Below, one piece after another: positions 29,211 to 38,338 of a DNA stretch of 64,000 nucleotides. Position 1 is the stretch's first letter. Each line of letters opens with the position of its first letter. Origin of the DNA: an uncultured delta proteobacterium (GTDB taxonomy: Bacteria; Myxococcota_A; Polyangia; Polyangiales; B10-G4). Position numbers and translations under genes: made by a program. The notes under the pieces were generated by a model. The model ran no database searches. It was not told the DNA's origin and worked only from the letters and a program-made list of their open reading frames with translations. The stretch is taken from assembly GCA_963727445.1 (NCBI GenBank), contig CAVSGI010000012.1, forward strand, positions 256,001 to 320,000, written 5' to 3'.

Positions 29211-31961
29211 CTACGGCAGGGCGTGAAGGGTCCCGCCGAGCGCGTATCCGGCCTCGGTGGTGAGCAGGTGACAGGGGGCGCCGGGGTCGTCTTCGAGCTC
29301 CTCTCGAAGGGCGCGCATCGCCACCTGAAGCCGCGCGTCGTGGCGGATGGGGTGGTACTCGGTCTCGTCCCAGGCACCGAGGACCAGCGCTTCCTTGCTG
29401 GCTTCACCGCCCGCGTCGAGGAGGGTCGTCAGCAGCGCCCAGCCGATGCGCTTGCGGGAGAAGGAGTGCTCCGTGCCCGGTCGCCATACGAGCTTGCGCG
29501 ACCGCCACATCCCCCAATGCGGCTCGCCTCCGCCGACCACCGCCGGGCGCGTGGCCGCGGGCGCACCGCAGACCGCTTCCTCGTAGCGATCGAGGGGCGC
29601 GCCTTCGCCGAGGAGGTGTTGGGCGAGGCGGCCGGTGGCGGGTTCCTTTCGCGTCGCGGCGAGGAGCTCGAGGGTGGCGTAGTCGACGTGGGGGGCGGCG
29701 AGGGCCGAGAACAAGAGGCCCTGCTGCGTCCACCGTTCGCATCCGTTTGCGCTCGCCACATCCACCAGCTTCTGCGCCCGCGCCGCGAGCTCGGTCTTGC
29801 GTCCCAACACCGAGAGCGCGGCGCACACCGTGGCCTCCGCACGGAGCTCGTGCAGCAGGTGCGAGATGCGCACCGCTCGCGAGGAGGCGGTGAGCGCGGT
29901 CTCGAGCGCGCCCTCGGCATCGCCCGAGACGAGCCGCTCGCAGGAACGCGCGATGAGCGCGTGCGCTTCGGCGTAGGCCGAGGTGGCGAGCTCGCCCAGG
30001 GGCTCGCCTCTTCGCGCCAGGGTCTCCGCCACGGCGACGCGCAGCAGATCCCCCTCGATGCCCGGCGGCTTCCGCACCGCGCTCAGCGCGCCGATCGACG
30101 GGTGCGTGCCCGTCATCAGGGCGAGGTCGAGCTCGAGGGCTCGGAGCTCTGCTGCGTTGGTCCGTGCGTCGTACCCATCCGCTTCGGCGCGCGCCGCGTC
30201 GAGGCGCGACTCGAGGCCGTCCACCTCGCCGCGCAGAAGCTTCAGCCGAACCTCCTGCGCCACGATCGGCGGCCTCAGGATGGAGGGGGATCGCGTGTAG
30301 GGCTCGAGCCTGGCGAGGGTCGCAGCCGCCCCCGCCACGTCGCCGAGGTCGATCGACGCGGCTGCACGGGCCAGCACCAACCGCCGTTCCACTCGTAGAG
30401 CGGTGGTCAGACGCGGGAACGTCGCGGCGATCAACGCCAGCACCTCACCGGATCGACCCAGCGCCCGGAGCGATTCCACCACGTCCGCGACCGCCTCCAT
30501 CTCCTCCACGCCGCTCCGCGTTCCGAGGGCGCGCGCGACGTCGATGGGGTCGGCGCTCGGGCGCCCGAGGAGAACCTCGGCGCGATTCCACAGCGCGTAG
30601 AGCCGAACGTCGCGGTTGCGATCCACATCGGCCGCCCTCAGGGTCTCGAGCGCTTCCTCGGGACGACCGCGCAGCAGCTGGCTCCGCAAGAACCACAACC
30701 ACTCGTCGATCTCCGCCGACGCGGCGGGCGGCTCTTCGCTCAGCGCGCGCAGGTTGCCTCGCGCATAGAGCGCGCGGGCGCGCGTGACGCCGCTGGCCGA
30801 GAGGCCGGTCTCGGTGACGCGATGAAGCGCCGTCGGATTGCCGAGGTGCGCAGCGCAGCGCGTTCGGCACGACTCGAGCGCCGGCTCCTCCCGGTGCTCG
30901 AGGAGGCGCCAGAGGCTGGTTCCATATCCCTCCGCGAGAAGCGCCGAGAGCCTGCTCTCCAGGGTCGGCGCGACGCTCGCGACGTCGCCGGCCTCGAGGC
31001 TGAGGCGCATGCCTTCGACGAAGAGCTCGGGGGAGGGCGACGCGATCAGGGCCTTGGCCAGCGCGGCTCGCTCCGGAAGCGTCTCCGCGTGGCGTCGCTG
31101 TCGGCGGACGACGTCGTGAAGGAGGAGCCCCGCCGGGCTCTGAAGCAGGAGCCCATAGCGCTTCAGGCGCGCCATGGATGGCTCGGAGGGGAGCGGGATC
31201 ACGGACCCGAGCAGCTCGAGAGGGACGGCGACGCGCAGGATGGAGAGCACGCGCAGGAGCGGCTCGGCGTCCGGGGGCAGGGCGGGCGTGGCCTTCTGCC
31301 TCGTGTCACCGAAGAGGGCCAGGCGAAGGGCGCCCGGGGAGCCGTGGGCTTCGGAGACCGCGCGCGCCACCGTGCCTCGCGGGCGTTCGGAGGAGACCTT
31401 CGTCGCGATGCGCGCCATGACGTCGTCGGGGAGCGCGCCGAGGCCGAGGCAGAAGAGTCGCTCGTCGTCCCGGGGGCGTTCGAGCATCAGGGCGATCCAC
31501 CGGCTGCCCTTCGCGTAGCGGGCGAGCAGATTCAGGAGCCCTTCGGTCTCGGCGCGGTTCGCGTTCTCGAGGTCGTCTACGACCACGCGCAGGCCACGTT
31601 CCTCGGCGAGGTCGAGGAGCGCCTCGACGCGCGCATCGGCGCTCTCGTGCAGAGCCGGCCAATCGATCTCCATCTCGAGGCCGGTCGCGTTACCGAGGGC
31701 GCGCACGAGAGCCGTCGTGAGCTCTTCGTCGCCGGTCCCGGGCGCGATCGAGACGTAGACCGCGCGTGGCAGATCCGGCGCGAGAGGGCCGTGCATCAAT
31801 GCGAGGGCGAGGCTGGTCTTGCCGATGCCCGAAGGCCCGAAGAGAGCGACCACCGGTGAGCGCTCGACGGCGGCGACGAGCTGGTCCACTTCGCGCTCCC
31901 GGCCTTCGAAACAGCCGGGAGGGTTCGGGACTCGGTAGGAAAGTGGGATCCGGCGGGCCAC
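29211..31961 (-). CDS. STAND/NB-ARC-like ATPase with C-terminal winged-helix DNA-binding domain
   Basis: FEGRERE, Walker A GPSGIGKT, Walker B VVVDDLE, LHDVVR, and an OmpR-like tail (SKEAL...W...RLQVAMRALR..LEDDP..P..L.T...GY). Confidence 0.8.
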   Translation of the reverse strand: MARRIPLSYRVPNPPGCFEGREREVDQLVAAVERSPVVALFGPSGIGKTSLALALMHGPLAPDLPRAVYVSIAPGTGDEELTTALVRALGNATGLEMEIDWPALHESADARVEALLDLAEERGLRVVVDDLENANRAETEGLLNLLARYAKGSRWIALMLERPRDDERLFCLGLGALPDDVMARIATKVSSERPRGTVARAVSEAHGSPGALRLALFGDTRQKATPALPPDAEPLLRVLSILRVAVPLELLGSVIPLPSEPSMARLKRYGLLLQSPAGLLLHDVVRRQRRHAETLPERAALAKALIASPSPELFVEGMRLSLEAGDVASVAPTLESRLSALLAEGYGTSLWRLLEHREEPALESCRTRCAAHLGNPTALHRVTETGLSASGVTRARALYARGNLRALSEEPPAASAEIDEWLWFLRSQLLRGRPEEALETLRAADVDRNRDVRLYALWNRAEVLLGRPSADPIDVARALGTRSGVEEMEAVADVVESLRALGRSGEVLALIAATFPRLTTALRVERRLVLARAAASIDLGDVAGAAATLARLEPYTRSPSILRPPIVAQEVRLKLLRGEVDGLESRLDAARAEADGYDARTNAAELRALELDLALMTGTHPSIGALSAVRKPPGIEGDLLRVAVAETLARRGEPLGELATSAYAEAHALIARSCERLVSGDAEGALETALTASSRAVRISHLLHELRAEATVCAALSVLGRKTELAARAQKLVDVASANGCERWTQQGLLFSALAAPHVDYATLELLAATRKEPATGRLAQHLLGEGAPLDRYEEAVCGAPAATRPAVVGGGEPHWGMWRSRKLVWRPGTEHSFSRKRIGWALLTTLLDAGGEASKEALVLGAWDETEYHPIRHDARLQVAMRALREELEDDPGAPCHLLTTEAGYALGGTLHALP

Positions 31962-32037
31962 GCCTTAACAGGTAACGCCCGCGCCTCGTCCGGCAACGAG
32001 GAAGAACCGCGCCAGAAAGCTCAATCCTCGCGCGCGC

Positions 32038-32592
32038 CTAGGGTGAGATGCCGAGCGCGGTCTCCGCCGATCGGAGGTTTTCGCACGACGCAGGAAAGTC
32101 GCCGCTGATCGACATGAAGGAGCCGAAGTCCGTGCAGCTCGCTGCCTGGATGTCGGTGATGCATGTGGTGAGCTCGGCCGGTATCAGGCCGGGATCGCCG
32201 ATGTCCTCGTTGCAATCGCCGCGCAACGCCATGGTGCAATCCTCGAGGGTGCCGAAGCCCCGCGCTTCGGCCTCCATCGCGCCCAGGCAGAAGAGGATCT
32301 GCTTGCAGACGCCGTCCGCCAGGCAGAGGCATTGATCGCCTTTCACGATGTCGCCCATGGTGCAGGCGAAGGTCGGCCCGCCGGCGTCGGCGCTGCCATC
32401 GGCGCTTCCGTCGCTCGTCGCATCCGCTGCGCCGTCGCTCGCTGCGTCCATCGCGCCGTCGCGGGTCGCGCTGTCGCCGGTGGCGCTGTCGCGGGTCGCG
32501 CTGTCGATACTGCCGTCGATCACCCGCCCGTCGTCGCCGCATCCGACGAGCGTGAGAGAAAGCGCACAGAGAGCGAGGAGAGTCGTTCGCAT
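32038..32592 (-). CDS. Cys-rich lipoprotein with DSAT-repeat linker
   Basis: Lipobox LVGC, DSATRDSATGDSATR, Cys-rich C-terminal domain. Confidence 0.8.
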   Translation of the reverse strand: MRTTLLALCALSLTLVGCGDDGRVIDGSIDSATRDSATGDSATRDGAMDAASDGAADATSDGSADGSADAGGPTFACTMGDIVKGDQCLCLADGVCKQILFCLGAMEAEARGFGTLEDCTMALRGDCNEDIGDPGLIPAELTTCITDIQAASCTDFGSFMSISGDFPASCENLRSAETALGISP

Positions 32593-32629
32593 GCGGGCTC
32601 TATAGCAGCTCCCCTGTCGAGGTGCCTGC

Positions 32630-34588
32630 TCAGTCGCCTTCGCGCACGGGCCGATAGAAGCCGACCACGACCTCGGGCGCGCGATCCGCGGTCACGCGCA
32701 TGCGTCCGAATCGGTGGTTGTCGGTGGGGACCGAGAAGACCTGGACCGGCTCGAAGTGAAGGTGCGCGCGAGCGCGCGAGAGCAGGGGGCGTTCGGCCGG
32801 CGCGCCGTGCGCGATCTCCGAGGGTAGGAAGGAGAAGAAGCCGGTGCCGAGATAGACCAGTGTGTCCTGCGTCGGCGCCCCCTCGGCGAGCCAGCGGTCG
32901 AAGGCGACAATCTCGGCAGGGCGTCGCCCACGCGCGCGCATCGCCGCCTCGTAGAAGCCGACCGGGAATCGCGCTTCGACCGGGTCGCCCATCCGTCGGA
33001 CGTGCGGCAGCGGAGGAAAGTACTCCGGGGGGATCACCAATCGTTCGTGTGGCGGGAGCGCATCCCACGAGGACTCGAGGCCGCGGAGCTCGGCGGCGAG
33101 CGGTCGCGGGACGTGGGTGAAGGTCCAGGCCTCCGTCGCGGTCGCCGTGGTCACCACGAGCGCCAGCGCCAGGACGGCGCCGAGCGCGGGGCGAAAACGG
33201 AAAGCAGCGACGAGGGCGATTGCGGACAGCGCGAGGCTTCCTTGAATCATCGGGTAGACCGAGAGGAAGGGATAGCCCCGGTCTAGGTAGTCCACCGTGG
33301 GCAACATGGCGAAGAAGCCGAGACCGAGCGCCACCCCCACGAAGTTCTTGCGGCGCGCGAGGAACAACAGGCCGGCCGCGGCGAGGAAGGGAACCACCAG
33401 GGGCACCGCGCGGGCATCGAAGAAGGCGTCGCGGAGCCAGATGCTCACGTCCAGGCGCGGCGCCACGCCCGCGGTGTCCGCGACGAAGCCCCAAGCGTGG
33501 ACGCCGATGAACGCCCAACCCAGCGCCATGGGCCAAGCCGCCTTCCGCCGTCGGGATCCGAGGGCCGCCCCCGCGCCGACCAGCGCAGCGATGGGCACCG
33601 CGCTCACGGTGGTCGTCCCCGCGAGCCCGACCGCGATGGCCGCGGTGGTCCATCGCGCCAGCCCCCCCTCCTCGGCGGCCCAGAGACAGACCCAGGTCGC
33701 GCACCACACGAGTGCCATCATGAAGGGATACCAGCTGTGCGCGAGCGCCATCCGCATGACGACCGGGTTCGAACCGACGAGCAGGGTGGCGAGCAGGGCG
33801 ACGTGACCCTTCGCGTCCCAGCGTGCGAGGAGACGGCGCAACGAGGCGTACTGGAAGACCAGGGAGAGGATGGTGAACGCGAGCGAGAGGCCCCACAGGG
33901 TCGCGGAGCGGTAGGGCAGAACGTTCAAGAGCGGCTCGAGGAGGTGATACGCAGGGGGCAGCCAACCGGGTCGCTCGTGGTCGCAGCAAGGAGAGCGCGC
34001 GCAGTCGCTGCGCGCGGTGAAAGTGAGATGGTCGTGGAGCGGGCCCGGCTCCGCGACGAGCAGCGTGAGCGCCACGAGGCCGAGGAGCAGCAGAACGAAG
34101 CGCCGGTCCACATCGAGGCGCGGGCGTAACCATGCCAGGAGAAGCCCCAGCGCCACGGCCAATGCCCAGGTGGGGCCGTGGTTGACCACCGATTCGCACG
34201 CTCCCATCTCGCGCTCCGCCTCGACCACTTCCCGCCGGTGGACGCGTCGGGGATCGACCCACTCGATCGCGCCTTCCTGCTGTCGAATCGAGGCGAGGAG
34301 TGAGTCGCGAAGGGTGTCGGGCGCGCCTTCTATCGCGAACCGGTCCGTTCTGTCGGCCGAATCCGACCTGGACGGATGGACGAGACGCACCGTGACCGGG
34401 GCCGGGCAGAGGTAGTGAGCGGTGATCGTCGCGTGATCGATGCTGGCGCTTTCGAGCTCGCACGCGTCGACCGAAAGCATTCGAACGACGACCGCCTCCT
34501 GGCCGGGGGGCAGGACCTGCGCCGCGGCGCCGCTCGCCACGAAAAGCGCCGACGAGACGACCGCGGCTGCGATTGGACGGGATGGCAA
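32630..34588 (-). CDS. Polytopic membrane protein, putative GT-C glycosyltransferase
   Basis: About 10 TMs with a first external loop (LHDH...HERPGW) and a C-terminal soluble domain, next to sugar genes. GT-C call is an inference. Confidence 0.55.
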   Translation of the reverse strand: MPSRPIAAAVVSSALFVASGAAAQVLPPGQEAVVVRMLSVDACELESASIDHATITAHYLCPAPVTVRLVHPSRSDSADRTDRFAIEGAPDTLRDSLLASIRQQEGAIEWVDPRRVHRREVVEAEREMGACESVVNHGPTWALAVALGLLLAWLRPRLDVDRRFVLLLLGLVALTLLVAEPGPLHDHLTFTARSDCARSPCCDHERPGWLPPAYHLLEPLLNVLPYRSATLWGLSLAFTILSLVFQYASLRRLLARWDAKGHVALLATLLVGSNPVVMRMALAHSWYPFMMALVWCATWVCLWAAEEGGLARWTTAAIAVGLAGTTTVSAVPIAALVGAGAALGSRRRKAAWPMALGWAFIGVHAWGFVADTAGVAPRLDVSIWLRDAFFDARAVPLVVPFLAAAGLLFLARRKNFVGVALGLGFFAMLPTVDYLDRGYPFLSVYPMIQGSLALSAIALVAAFRFRPALGAVLALALVVTTATATEAWTFTHVPRPLAAELRGLESSWDALPPHERLVIPPEYFPPLPHVRRMGDPVEARFPVGFYEAAMRARGRRPAEIVAFDRWLAEGAPTQDTLVYLGTGFFSFLPSEIAHGAPAERPLLSRARAHLHFEPVQVFSVPTDNHRFGRMRVTADRAPEVVVGFYRPVREGD

Positions 34589-34638
34589 GAGGAGGTCTCG
34601 GCTTTGCGCCCGTGGGCACCCGAGCCTACCATCGCGCG

Positions 34639-36543
34639 GTGAGCGACGGTCCAGACGAGAGGATCCCGGTGTATCGTCCTCTCGTCACGGCCGACGACGC
34701 GCGCGCGGTGCGCGAGACCGTACGAGACGGATGGATCTCCGGCGCCGGCCCGGCGGTTGCCGAGCTCGAGCGGCGCTTCGCAGCGTACTGCGGGGCCCAC
34801 GCCGGCGCGGCTACCAGCAGCGGCACCGGCGCCCTCGAGGTCGCGCTGACAGCGTTGGGGATCGGGCCCGGGGACGAGGTCATCTGCCCCTCGCTCACCA
34901 TCATCTCCTGTGCGCGCGCGATCCTGGCGGTCGGCGCGACGCCGGTCTTCGTCGACGTCGATCCCGCGAGCTGGGTGCTCGACGTGGACAGAGCTCTCGA
35001 CGCGATCGGACCTCGAACGCGCGCCGTCCTCGCCGTGCATCTCTTCGGTAATCCCGTCGCGCTCGGGCGCCTCCTGCCGCTTCGCGACAGGGGAATCCAC
35101 GTGGTCGAGGATGCAGCGCAGGCGATCGGCTCCGAGATTTCGGTGGGCGATCGGTGGATGCGCTGCGGCGGCGCCGGTGACCTCGGTGTCTTCAGCTTCT
35201 ACGCGAACAAGGCGATCACCACCGGTGAGGGTGGAATGGTCGTGGGATCGGATGATGCGCTCGTCGAACGAGCCCGGCGCGCAGCGAGTCTATTTTTCGG
35301 GAGCGAGGAGCGCTTCGTCCATGCGGAGCTCGGCCACAACTATCGGATGAACGGCATGGGCGCGGCGCTGGGGCTCTCTCAGCTCGCACGCATCGACGAA
35401 ATCGTGGCCCGGAAGCGCGCCGTCGCCCGCGCCTATCGCGAAGCGTTGTCCCTCGTGGGCGGCTTGCGATTTGCCGAGCCGGGCGCCGGTACGCGCCCGG
35501 TTCCCTGGATGGCTGCGGTCGTGGCGGAGGAGATCGAGGCACGCGTGATCATCGAGGACCTCGACGCGCGAGGGATCGAGGCGCGTCCATTCTTCACTGG
35601 GATGCATGTGCAGCCGGCGCTCGTCGGACGTGACGTGGTCGCGCGCGGACGATTCGACGAAACGGAGCGACTCACCCGGCACGGTCTCTATCTGCCGTCT
35701 TCGCTGACGTTGAGCGAGGCCGACGTCTCGCGGGTGGCCAGCGCACTCGCAGGAGCACTGAAGCGAGGCATTCGGCCGGGCCGGCGCTCTTCGAACGGCT
35801 GCTTCGGTGCGGAGTACGCGCGTCGATACGACGCCATCTATGCCGGCAAGCCGTACGAAGCGGAGATTCGGGCGATCGTCTCTGCGCTCTCGCGCTACGG
35901 GGACGCTCCCTGTGCGCGCATCCTCGACCTCGGATGTGGAACCGGGCGGCACGCGGCCGCGCTCGCGTCGGCGGGCATGGCGGTCACGGGAGTCGACCGC
36001 TCGCGCGAGATGCTGGCGCTCGCGGAGGCGCGATGTCGAGGTACACCGGGGGTTCGGCTGTCGCTCGGTGACCTTCGTGAGCTTTCGGTGCAGGGCCCGC
36101 CGCACGACGCGGCGCTCTTGCTCTTCGCCGTGCTCGGGTATCTGGGTGACGACGAGGAGGTCGCGCGTGCGCTCGCTGCGATTCGGCGGCACCTGCGCGC
36201 GGGAGCCCTCCTGATCGCAGACGTCTGGGACGAAGCCGCCGTGCTCGCAGAGCCGCCATCGCGTCGCGAGGTCCGGTTCGAAAGCGATGGCGACTCATTC
36301 GTCCGGCTGGCCGATCCCGCACATGATCCCGATCGGAACATCGTCGTCGTGCGCTACCGCATCCGCGACGGGGGAGGGCGGACGATCTGCGACGAGGTGC
36401 ACCCGATGCGCTACTTCGACGAAGCGTCGCTCCGCTCGGTACTCGCGCGAGCCTCGTTCGAACTCGTTCGCTTCGGTGCGTGGCCGGAGCTCGCCGAAGA
36501 AGGGCGCAGCTACACCTCGTATCTCGTGGCCCGGGCCTCCTGA
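34639..36543 (+). CDS. DegT/perosamine-synthase-type aminotransferase fused to a SAM-dependent methyltransferase
   Basis: SSGTGAL, GPGDEVI, VHLFG, EDAAQA, FSFYANKAITTGEGG (PLP Lys). Then YDAIY.GKPYEAE and ILDLGCGTGRH. Confidence 0.88.
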   Translation: MSDGPDERIPVYRPLVTADDARAVRETVRDGWISGAGPAVAELERRFAAYCGAHAGAATSSGTGALEVALTALGIGPGDEVICPSLTIISCARAILAVGATPVFVDVDPASWVLDVDRALDAIGPRTRAVLAVHLFGNPVALGRLLPLRDRGIHVVEDAAQAIGSEISVGDRWMRCGGAGDLGVFSFYANKAITTGEGGMVVGSDDALVERARRAASLFFGSEERFVHAELGHNYRMNGMGAALGLSQLARIDEIVARKRAVARAYREALSLVGGLRFAEPGAGTRPVPWMAAVVAEEIEARVIIEDLDARGIEARPFFTGMHVQPALVGRDVVARGRFDETERLTRHGLYLPSSLTLSEADVSRVASALAGALKRGIRPGRRSSNGCFGAEYARRYDAIYAGKPYEAEIRAIVSALSRYGDAPCARILDLGCGTGRHAAALASAGMAVTGVDRSREMLALAEARCRGTPGVRLSLGDLRELSVQGPPHDAALLLFAVLGYLGDDEEVARALAAIRRHLRAGALLIADVWDEAAVLAEPPSRREVRFESDGDSFVRLADPAHDPDRNIVVVRYRIRDGGGRTICDEVHPMRYFDEASLRSVLARASFELVRFGAWPELAEEGRSYTSYLVARAS

Positions 36544-37301
36544 TGGGCCTCACGCTGATCCTTCCGACCCTGGACGAGGTCGATTCGCTGCGCACGCTCC
36601 TGCCGGCGCTGCTCACCGAGGTGAGCCAGCTCGTGGAGCTGATCGTGGTGGACGATGGATCGCGTGACGGCACGCGGGAGCTGGTGCGTGAGGCTGCGCG
36701 TCGGGATCCGCGCGTTCAGCTCGTGGCCCGCGAGGGCGCGCCCTCACTGCCCGCGTCGCTCCGCGAGGGCATCGCGCGATCGACCGGTTCCATGATCGGA
36801 TGGATGGACGCCGACGGAACGATGCGCCCCGGCGACGTCGACAAGCTTGTGGATGCGGTCGGCGCGGGCGCCACGCTGGCCATCGGCTCGCGTTTCGTGG
36901 CGGGCGGTCGGATCAAGGGACAGGCGCGAGACGGGCTGTCAGGGCGCCTGCAAGCGCTGCAGCGCGTCTCCGGGACCGGCGACTCGCCCGTCGGAGTGTT
37001 GGCCAGCTGGCTGCTGAACGCAGCCGTTCTTCCATTGCTCGTCGGCGACGGCGTTCACGACTACACGAGCGGCTTCATCGTGGGAGAGCGCGAGGCGATC
37101 ACTTCACTCGACCTTCGTGGAGAGCATGGGGCCTATTTCGTCGGCCTCTTCGTTCAGGCGCGCCGGGCGGGGATGCAGGTCGTGGAGGTCCCTTACGCTG
37201 CCGAGCCACGTACCTCCGGACGCTCCAAGGCCGTACGTCGCGTGGCGGACTACCTCGGTCACGCGCGGAGCTATCTCGGGGCGGCGCTCAGCGCGCGGTG
37301 A
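36543..37301 (+). CDS. GT2 glycosyltransferase (polyprenol-phosphate sugar synthase-like)
   Basis: LILPTLDE, VVDDGSRDGT, MDAD, IGSRF, DYTSGF, EVP....R..GRSK. TGATG overlap. Confidence 0.88.
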   Translation: MGLTLILPTLDEVDSLRTLLPALLTEVSQLVELIVVDDGSRDGTRELVREAARRDPRVQLVAREGAPSLPASLREGIARSTGSMIGWMDADGTMRPGDVDKLVDAVGAGATLAIGSRFVAGGRIKGQARDGLSGRLQALQRVSGTGDSPVGVLASWLLNAAVLPLLVGDGVHDYTSGFIVGEREAITSLDLRGEHGAYFVGLFVQARRAGMQVVEVPYAAEPRTSGRSKAVRRVADYLGHARSYLGAALSAR

Positions 37302-38268
37302 CGACCCGGTCTTGCCAGGGCCACCGACAGCCGTGCTCGACGAACCAGCGAACGGTCCGGCGTAGACCGTCGTCGAGGTCGACCTCGGGCCTGAAGCCCG
37401 TGCGCTCTCGAAGGCGCGTCGTGTCCGCCTCGAGGTGCACGATGTCGTGCGGGCGGACCCTCGCTTCGTCGACTACGATGGACACGTCGCGGTCGAAGAT
37501 CCGGCCGAGCGCCTGGGCGACCTCACGAACGCTGTGCGTTCTGCCGGAGCCGACGTTCACGGCCGTGCCAGGCTCGATGTCCGACTTCATGATCGCGACC
37601 AGCGCGCGCGCGGTGTCTTCGACGTAGGTGAAGTCACGGCGGGCCTCGAGGTTGCCGAGCCTGAGCGGGCCGCCTGCGTGGAGCTGGGCGATGATCTCCG
37701 GGATGACGTAGGGCTCCGATTCACGGGGCCCATAGGCGTTGAAGAGCCGTGCGGCGACCACCGGGATCCCGTGCTCTTGCTGCAGGGTGAAGCAGAGTCG
37801 ATCGGCCGCGAGCTTCGTGACGGCGTACGTGTTCGCGGCGCCGAGCGGGTGGTCTTCGTTCAACGGGCCAGGTGGCGGGTTCCCATACACTTCGGCGGAC
37901 GAGGCGTAGACGATGCGTCCGATGCCGTGATGTCGACACGCCATGAGCAGGTTCAGATGCCCGTCCACGTTGATGCGGAGGAAGCGTTTTGGTACGTCGA
38001 AGGCGGTGGGGACGAAGGTCTCGGCCGCCATGTTGAAGACGAGCTCGGGGCGATAGGCGCGAAATGCTTCGAGCACCGACCACTCGTCGAGGAGGTCGCC
38101 GTTGACGACGTCGATCGCGTCGCGAACCTCTGCGAGGTTGTCGCGCGCGCCGGTCTGGAAGTTGTCGAAGACGACCACCTTCGCGCCCTGATCGGCCAGC
38201 TCCCGCACGAGCTGGGAGCCTACGAACCCGGCTCCGCCCGCGACCAGGACCCTGCGCCCCTCGACCAT
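37288..38268 (-). CDS. NAD-dependent nucleotide-sugar epimerase/4,6-dehydratase
   Basis: GGAGFVGS, SSAEVYG, YAVTK, FNAYGPR, RDFTYVED. Confidence 0.92.
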   Translation of the reverse strand: MVEGRRVLVAGGAGFVGSQLVRELADQGAKVVVFDNFQTGARDNLAEVRDAIDVVNGDLLDEWSVLEAFRAYRPELVFNMAAETFVPTAFDVPKRFLRINVDGHLNLLMACRHHGIGRIVYASSAEVYGNPPPGPLNEDHPLGAANTYAVTKLAADRLCFTLQQEHGIPVVAARLFNAYGPRESEPYVIPEIIAQLHAGGPLRLGNLEARRDFTYVEDTARALVAIMKSDIEPGTAVNVGSGRTHSVREVAQALGRIFDRDVSIVVDEARVRPHDIVHLEADTTRLRERTGFRPEVDLDDGLRRTVRWFVEHGCRWPWQDRVVTAR

Positions 38269-38338
38269 GGTTGACAGTCTAGCAGGGCAGATGACAAAGC
38301 CCCTGAGGCTTTTCTCGGCTGCCTCGCCAGCAGTCCAC

